Of a DNA stretch of 64,000 nucleotides, positions 56,935 to 64,000 are shown one piece after another. Under the pieces are notes generated by a model. The model made no database searches. It was not told the origin of the DNA and worked only from the letters and a program-made list of their open reading frames with translations. The position numbers were made by a program, and so were the translations under genes. Position 1 is the stretch's first letter, and every line of letters starts with the position of its first letter. The stretch is from Paraspadella gotoi (taxonomy: Eukaryota > Animalia > Chaetognatha), in assembly GCA_051294375.1 (NCBI GenBank), contig CM119271.1:14948770-15012769 (forward strand), written 5' to 3'.

Positions 56935-59900
56935 ATGAAAGGATCCGACGGGAGCCGCATCTTCGGCGCCTACCGCGCCCTCGGCTTCGTCTGCGACCAT
57001 CTGCCCTTGGTCCTCCGGCGCCATCGCATCCACAAGGAGAACTACGCGGCGACGTCTGTTGGTCGCGCCTTCCACGTCTACAAAGTCTCCAAGTTGGCCA
57101 TCGTCAGCGTCTCGGATCTCCACGACGCCGACATCACCGCCATCGCCGCCGACGACTTTCTCGTCTTCACCGCCGCCGGGAAAGTCGTGAGGGCGTTTAA
57201 GGTGAGGAGGGGGTGGGGATGGATGAGGGTGAGCAAGAGACGGAAAACCCCGCTCATCATGAGATGGAAGGGTGGGGCTTCGAGTTTCGGGTTCGGATAT
57301 AAAGGGTTACCTCATTGTCGGGAAAGCGGGTAACAATATAAAGTCACTTGAACCGATTTCATTATTATCCAATATTGTTTCACTGTTAATTCTCCCCCCC
57401 CCCCGTGCGCCTTCCAATTTTACCAGCGAGGTCGTCACGTGATCAAGACTTACTCGGGTCACGTGTCCGACGTTCATCTCCTCCTTCCCTTCGGTCCTCA
57501 CCTCGTCTCCATCGACGAATCGAGTCTCTTGATCGTCTGGGACGTCGACGCCCAATCGCCTTATCTCCAGATTCAGTTCAGCAACGAATCTTTTCACGGT
57601 TGGTTGACGGGGATTATTATTCTTATGAAGAGAACTTGTTTAAATGTTATCAAATTGGTTTTAAACTAATATAAAAATTGTTTGTTTTAGAATCATAATT
57701 TTGGCAAGATATAAATGATTGATTTGGTCTTTACAAATAAAATAAATTAAAGAGAAAACAAAGTATTTACATTTTTAAATAGGCATTGATCTTTAAAGAC
57801 TTCTGTCTCCCTGAAAGTGAAAGATTGTTATGATTACCATGAGTTTGGACAGGCTTCATGTCACTCGTGATAACTAGCTTAACTTGTAAACTTTTGTTAA
57901 CCTCTTTTCTCCCTCTTCAGTTTCCTCCATCCTCCATCCGTCTACCTACATCAACAAGATCCTCCTGGGCTCTCATCAAGGAGCGATGCAGCTGTGGAAC
58001 ATCCGGACCAACAAGATGGTTCACTTTTTCGCCGGTTGGGGCGCTCCAGTCACCGTCCTCGCTCAAGCGCCGGCCGTCGACGTCGTCGCCGTGGGACTCG
58101 CTGACGGACGAATCCTCGTTCACAATCTCAGGTGGGCTTGTTGATAATTAAACTATTTAATTATTTAATAAAATACTATAATATCTTATAGACAAGACGC
58201 CACCCTGATGACCTTCACCCACGAAGGCGGCCCGGTGACCTGTGTGACGTTTCGCACGGACGGCGCGCCCGTCATGCTTTCCGCCTCCGCTTCGGGATCC
58301 GTCGCAGTTTGGGATCTTGAAGAAAAGAGACTCTTGGGTCAGATCGATCAGGCGCACGGAGCAGCAATTTCTTCCATCCAATGTCTGCAGGTGATGAAAG
58401 AGGGAGACAATTTTGACAACGAGAGGGGGTCGACTGAGAAGTCAGGGGTGTGAGGCACTTTACTGACCTCTGACCATCCCATTTCACTGGCTAGTTTATA
58501 ACGGTACAGGCTTGATCGTCAGGGGATTGAGTCCAGAACACACAGTTGTTCAGCGGGTGTTTACCTTATAGCTAATCCCAGTAAATTTCGGATATATCGC
58601 CAAAATATAATACTTAATGTAATCGTTTCATTAAACTTTAAACATTAAACTTTAAACCATCAGGGCGAGCCTTTAATGATCAGCAACGCGTCGGACAATT
58701 CGTTAAAAGTCTGGATCTTCGATCTTCCCGACGGAACAGCGCGCGTCCTCAGACAAAGGAGTTACCACAGCGTCCCGCCCTCGCGGATTCAATTTTACGG
58801 ATCCAACAGGTTTTTTTGGGGGGGACAAATATTAATATACTTTCATAATAAATAACTAATGTCAATATAAGAAAACCGGTCTCGCCCTTTTCAGCACCAT
58901 TCTCTCCGCGGGACAAGACGCTACCCTACGCTGTCTCTCCACCGTCCACGAAAAATATTCAAAGAGTCTCGGTCGAGCGAGTTTCAACAAAAAGATGAGC
59001 AAAAAGTTGGGACTGAAAAAGGATACTTACGCGATGCCGCCGATGAAGGAGTTTTGCGCAGTGCCGACGCGGGAGAGCGACTGGGACTCCATCGTCTGTA
59101 TTCACAGGTGTGTGTGTGGGGGAAAGGTGTTGGTTTTTTTGGAGGGGGCGGGAGGGCGGGTTAAGTGGAGAAAGGTTGCGTCTTTGTAAGTAATTTGTGA
59201 TTAATACGTTTCACATCATCATGAAATTTCCCCAATAAAAGAAAAAAAATACTCCTTCAGCGGATTGGGAGTGGCGACGACGTGGAACTTCGAACGCGGC
59301 ACGATGGGCTCCCACCGCCTCCTTCACGATCGCTTCGCCGACCGGATCCTCTTCCCGCGGGCGACGTCGTCTTGCTTGACCATCACCGCCTGCGGCAATT
59401 TCGCCCTCATCGGTTACTCGACCGGGCACCTCGACGTCTTCAACCTTCAATCGGGGATCCACCGGGGATCCTTCGGGGAACCCCTCGCCCACGACGGCAC
59501 CGTTCGCGGCGTCGCCGTCGACGATCTCAATCGATCCGCGGCGTCGGGCGGCGCCGACGCTAAACTCAAGTTTTGGTTCGTGAAAAGTCGGAAACTCGCG
59601 ACGGAGATTCTGCTATCGAGTCCAGTCGCATTGATGAGGCTACAGACGAACAAGTAAGACATTTTTGGGATTTTCATTGTTGACTTTTTCTTCTCATTTG
59701 TCCTGTCTCTTGCCATTGTTTTTTGTATTTCATCATCGGATTCATTTATTACCGGGAACATTCATTTATTTGAATATTGAATCTTTTGTCCTCTTTCTCG
59801 CCGTCTCTTGGCCCTGTCTCTTGGCCCTGTCATTTTCCATGTCTCTGCGTGACTTTGCCCGGTCTTTTGCCGTCTCTCGCCCTCATTTTCCCTGTCTCTT

Positions 59901-62900
59901 GCCCTACTTTTTGTCTTGTTTTATGCCGTCTTTTTCCTCGATTTTCACGGCCGCGCTTTCCTAGGGTGAGTCTATGCCAAAAGTTTTTTGATCGCAAAGA
60001 ACATCTAACACAAAACGGGTGGGCCTAAAAAAATAGGTTTCCACCAATCACTACTCAAATTGATTGAACACCTTAGCGCTACCAGCGCTTGAAGGATTTT
60101 TGGCACACCTTTCACATCATAATTCTCTGTGCCTAAAATATAAAAGATTTTATTGTCCAACCTTATTTATCAGTTAGAAAAATCTATGGAGTTAATTCAT
60201 ATCAATTTTCAAGACAAAACTACATCAAATAGCTTTACAACATCATCAGCAATCTGCTGGAGGAGGTAGAAGCCATTATATTGATGTCTATATCTTTTAA
60301 TTGGGGGAGTAGCACAAAGTGTTTCTATATAGTTTTATTCACAAATAAGTGCTCTAAATGATAAAATAAGTTTTTTAAAAAAATATCAGTGTAGTCACAT
60401 CCTGGAGGATTTTTCTGTACAACACCTATAATATACTAAAATATACACCAAATATTGTATTTATAATTTCTATATAGTATTTAATAAGTTAAGCAAGATA
60501 GGGTAAAACTGTTTGATAAATTTCATCTTGATTGATCCATAACTTCTAAAGGAGTTCTTTTTAACATCCTTGAATTAAATTTCCAATGCTATCAATCTGA
60601 AAAAATAAAAATTATACTTTCAAAAAAAGCTTTATTAGTTGCCCAAACACTCTGGGTTCAATGTTATTTCATTATATTAAGAGTAACATTCTCACATGCT
60701 CTGTAGAGGCTTTCCCAATAAGTTGAAGGATGTGGACGAAATGTTGCAGGTGAAAATTTCTTTATGAAAGCCATTCACTTTTAATTAAAAATACAATTTG
60801 TTTTTATAACTAAACCCCTAATCACATTGATATATATGATTGAGATGTGCTCACAATCTTGTGGATTTTACTCGTACAGACTGCTTGAAGGATGATAAAT
60901 ATATATAAAATATTTCTATTTAATTATTTTGATGATCAAATTTGCTAAAAATTATGATGATTATGATACTATATTAGTTTCAGTATTATATATTCGTAGG
61001 TAACAACATATTTTGTTTCCGCGATTGTATTTTTTAAAATTTTTTATTTTTAATAACAAAAATGATATTCCATAATTCAAAAACAGTAACGCTAAATTAT
61101 TTTCTCCGCGAAACAAATAAAAAAGGTAAGATTTATTAATTGAAATTTTAATAATTTTGGAAAAATTTACAATTGACCTTTTGGACAAACAAATAAATTG
61201 CTCTCTTGATCGTTCGTTTTTTTGAAAAATTCTGATTATTTTTTTAATTCTAAAAACTTATTATCGCCATTTATCCCAAAATACAATAACTTACTTGGCC
61301 TACATTTCGTGGCCGTTGGGGGGCAGCTACTCTCTCTCTCTCTCTCCGTCTCTCTCTCTCTCTCTGTCTCTCTTCTCTCTCTCTGTCTCTCTCTCTCTCT
61401 CTCTATCTTATTTGATGATGGCGTCAAATTAGATTCCGATTTCGAAGTCGCACGAACCCGCTAGTGTCGTAACGCTACCTCTATCTCTCTCTCTCTCTCT
61501 CTAATTGACTCATCGCATCAATGAATGACTATCATCGCATCAATGAATTATTATCATCCATCAATGAAGGACTATCATCGCATCAATGAATGATTATCAC
61601 GCATCAATGAATGACTATTATCGCACTATCTCTTGCGTGATCGTTTGTTTTTTTAAAAATCAGATTTTTTTTTCTTCTAAAAACTTTTATTCCGCGCTTT
61701 TTTAGTAATTACAGAACTACACAAGCATCTCAGAAGAAAATTGGTATTAACCAAATACTTTGGTTTTATTGTATAAATGCAAGCAATCCATTCCTGGTCT
61801 CAAATAATTGTAATGGGAATTAACATGATTGTTATCAAAGAAATAAATAATAAAAATAAGCAAATAGCATATTTAATACAGATTTATTATTTCCAGAGAA
61901 AGTCTTTTTCATACTGTATCCAGTGTTTAATGTTGTTGATTTTAAAAACCTTAAATTTTTTCACAATTCGAATATGCCAGATTGTATGCTATATGCCGAT
62001 CATTTTTTTACTGCCTATTTTTGTCGGTTTATGGTTTAACTACCCAACAATGTATCTAGTTATCAAGTTCCATTAATGAGGCAGTGAGGAAGTTGAAATG
62101 TGTGTCCATTTTCTTTGTTTCATATCGATTCAAGTATTTTTTGTTTGAATTTCCACTTCATTATGATTTACTGCAATATGCAAATTAGATTATAGTACTT
62201 TTTCATTAATTTTCTTTGATACTATACCCAGGCGAGATCCTTATCTTTAAGATTTTTTTTTGCAAATTTGATTATCAAAATAATTAAATAGAAAATATTT
62301 TATATATATTTGTCATCCTTCAAGCAGTCTGTACGAAAAAAATCCACTAGGATGTGAACGCATCTCAATCAAATATATCAATGTGATTAGGGGTTTAGTT
62401 ATAAAAACAAAATTGTGTTTTTAATTAAAAGTGAATGGCTTTCATAAAGAAATTTTCACCTGCAACATTTCGTCCACATCCTTCAACTTATTGGGGAAGC
62501 CTCTACAGAGCATGTGAAGAATGTTACTCTTAATATAATGAAATAACATTGAACCCAGAGTGTTTGGGCAACTAATAAAGCTTTTTTTGAAAAGTATATT
62601 TTTATTTTTTTCAGATTGATAGCATGTGGAGATTTAATTCAAGGATGTTTAAAAAGAAGCTCCTTTGAGAAGTTATGAATACAATCAAGATGAAATTTAT
62701 CACAACAAGTTTTACCCTATCTTGCTTAACTTATTATACTATATTAGAAATTATAAAACAATATTTGGTGTATATTTTAGTATATTATAGGTTTTGTACA
62801 GAAAAAATCCTCCAGGATGTGACTACACTGATATTTTTTAAAAAACTTATTTTATCATTTAGAGCACTTATTTGTGAATAAAACTATATAGAACACTTTG

Positions 62901-64000
62901 TGCTACTCCCCCAACTTAAAAGATATAGACATCAATAATAATGGCTTCTACCTCCTCCAGCAGATTGCTGATGATGTTGTAAAGCTATTTGATGTAGTTT
63001 TGTCTTGAAAAATTGATATGAATTAACTCCATAGATTTTTCTAACTGATAAATAAGGTGGACAATAAAATCTTTTATATTTTAGACACAGTGAATTATGA
63101 TGTGAAAGGTGTGCCAAAAATCCTTCAAGCGCTGGTAGCGCTAAGGGTGTTCAATCAATTTGAGTAGTGATTGGTGAAACCTATTTTTTTTAGGCCCACC
63201 CGTTTTGTGTTAGATGTTTCTTTGCGATCCAAAAAACTTTTGGCATATGACTCACCCTAGCGCTTTCCTTTATCATCTTTAAACGTAACTTTGATGAACT
63301 TTCCTTTGTCTTCCCGTTTTCCCGCCACAAGCTCTCTCCTCGTCGTCGCCCAAGACGACTTCTCAATCGTCGTCTTTGACTTCGACACGAAGCGTCTCGT
63401 CCGTCGATTGGCCAACGGATCCTTCATGACCCAAGTCGCCTCCAAAATCATGGACGCCGCCTTCTCCCCCGACGGTCGCTGGGTCTCCGTGGCGTGTCTG
63501 GACGCGACGCTGACCACGTGGGACTTGGCTTCCGGTTCCGCCGTCGATTGCGTCAGGATGGAATCCGCCGTCACTTCGCTCTCCTTCTCTCCGGACGGAG
63601 ACTTTCTCGCCACGACCCACGCCGACGATCTTGGCGTCTACCTCTGGTCCAATTTGACTCTCTTTTCTCGCGTTAATTTGAGGTATTGTACAATGTACAA
63701 TGTACATAGAATGTTCAATTTGTAAATTGTAGAATGTAGACAAGCCTGGAAATCGTTTTAGTAGGGAGTGACTTTTTTAAATTGGAATAAATCTTCATGA
63801 TAATTGAACCAATGATTATCAAACAAATTATTATTATTAATGTGATTATTAAACCAATCTCCGCCCTATTTGACCCCTAGACCCTTGGCGCCGGGATTCT
63901 CTCCCCCACCGATCGTCCTCCCGACAACGAGTCGACACAAACCAACGACCCAAGACGACGACATCGTCGAGGAGGAAGAGGAAGATGATGTTGAAGGCGC
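56935..64000 (+). CDS. WDR36: WD repeat-containing protein 36 / UTP21 (SSU processome); 3' truncated by window edge
   Basis: SRIFGAYRALGFVCDHLP; HPSTYINKILLGSHQGAMQLWNIRTNK; QAPAVDVVAVGLADGRI; FRTDGAPVM; GEPLMISNASDNSLKVWIFD; RESDWDSIV; DAAFSPDGRW...SLSFSPDGDFLATTHADDLGVYLWSN. Confidence 0.96.
59962..63259. mobile_element. Non-autonomous Foldback/Mutator-like DNA transposon, 3.3 kb, with ~1-kb TIRs and a 9-bp TSD, inside a WDR36 intron
   Basis: Left end TAGGGTGAGTC... (59962) is the reverse complement of right end ...GACTCACCCTA (63259). Inverted identity extends to ~60950 and ~62256. GCGCTTTCC is duplicated at 59953-59961 and 63260-63268. No transposase ORF is present. Confidence 0.93.
61505..61625. 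repeat. ~22-bp tandem repeat (GACTATCATCGCATCAATGAAT), ~5-6 copies, in the transposon interior
   Basis: Direct inspection. Confidence 0.85.

Noticed and set aside
60961-63117. Short ORFs within the TIR element as a transposase
   Set aside because: All are under 100 aa, AT-rich, and have no DDE or zinc-finger motifs.

Overview
Gene-dense, intron-containing eukaryotic DNA from a bilaterian animal. It carries period, EXT2, PKMYT1, IFT22 and ABHD17, with GC/CpG-rich exons and short AT-rich introns. I recognise about 22 protein-coding genes: LMBRD2 (3' end), two coiled-coil ORFs, TBCA, MYEF2/HNRNPM, CNOT7/CAF1, PKMYT1, an intronless period, ABHD17, SAMHD1-like, two secreted PEBP paralogues, EXT2, IFT22, three tandem paralogues of an unrecognised family, an unknown gene, an RNF216-like RBR ligase, CUSTOS, a C2H2 zinc-finger gene and WDR36/UTP21 (5' part). 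All of them lie on the + strand. Spacers are as short as 80 bp, and most start codons are preceded by an unpaired polypyrimidine-AG acceptor. This points to a long polycistronic, SL-trans-spliced gene array, which is an inference and not demonstrated. Other signals are a 3.3-kb non-autonomous Foldback/MULE-like element with ~1-kb TIRs and a 9-bp TSD, a structured dispersed repeat family, and GA-rich/CT-rich tracts bracketing exons. Gene identities come from recalled family motifs, not database searches. Local single-base indels suggest some assembly error.
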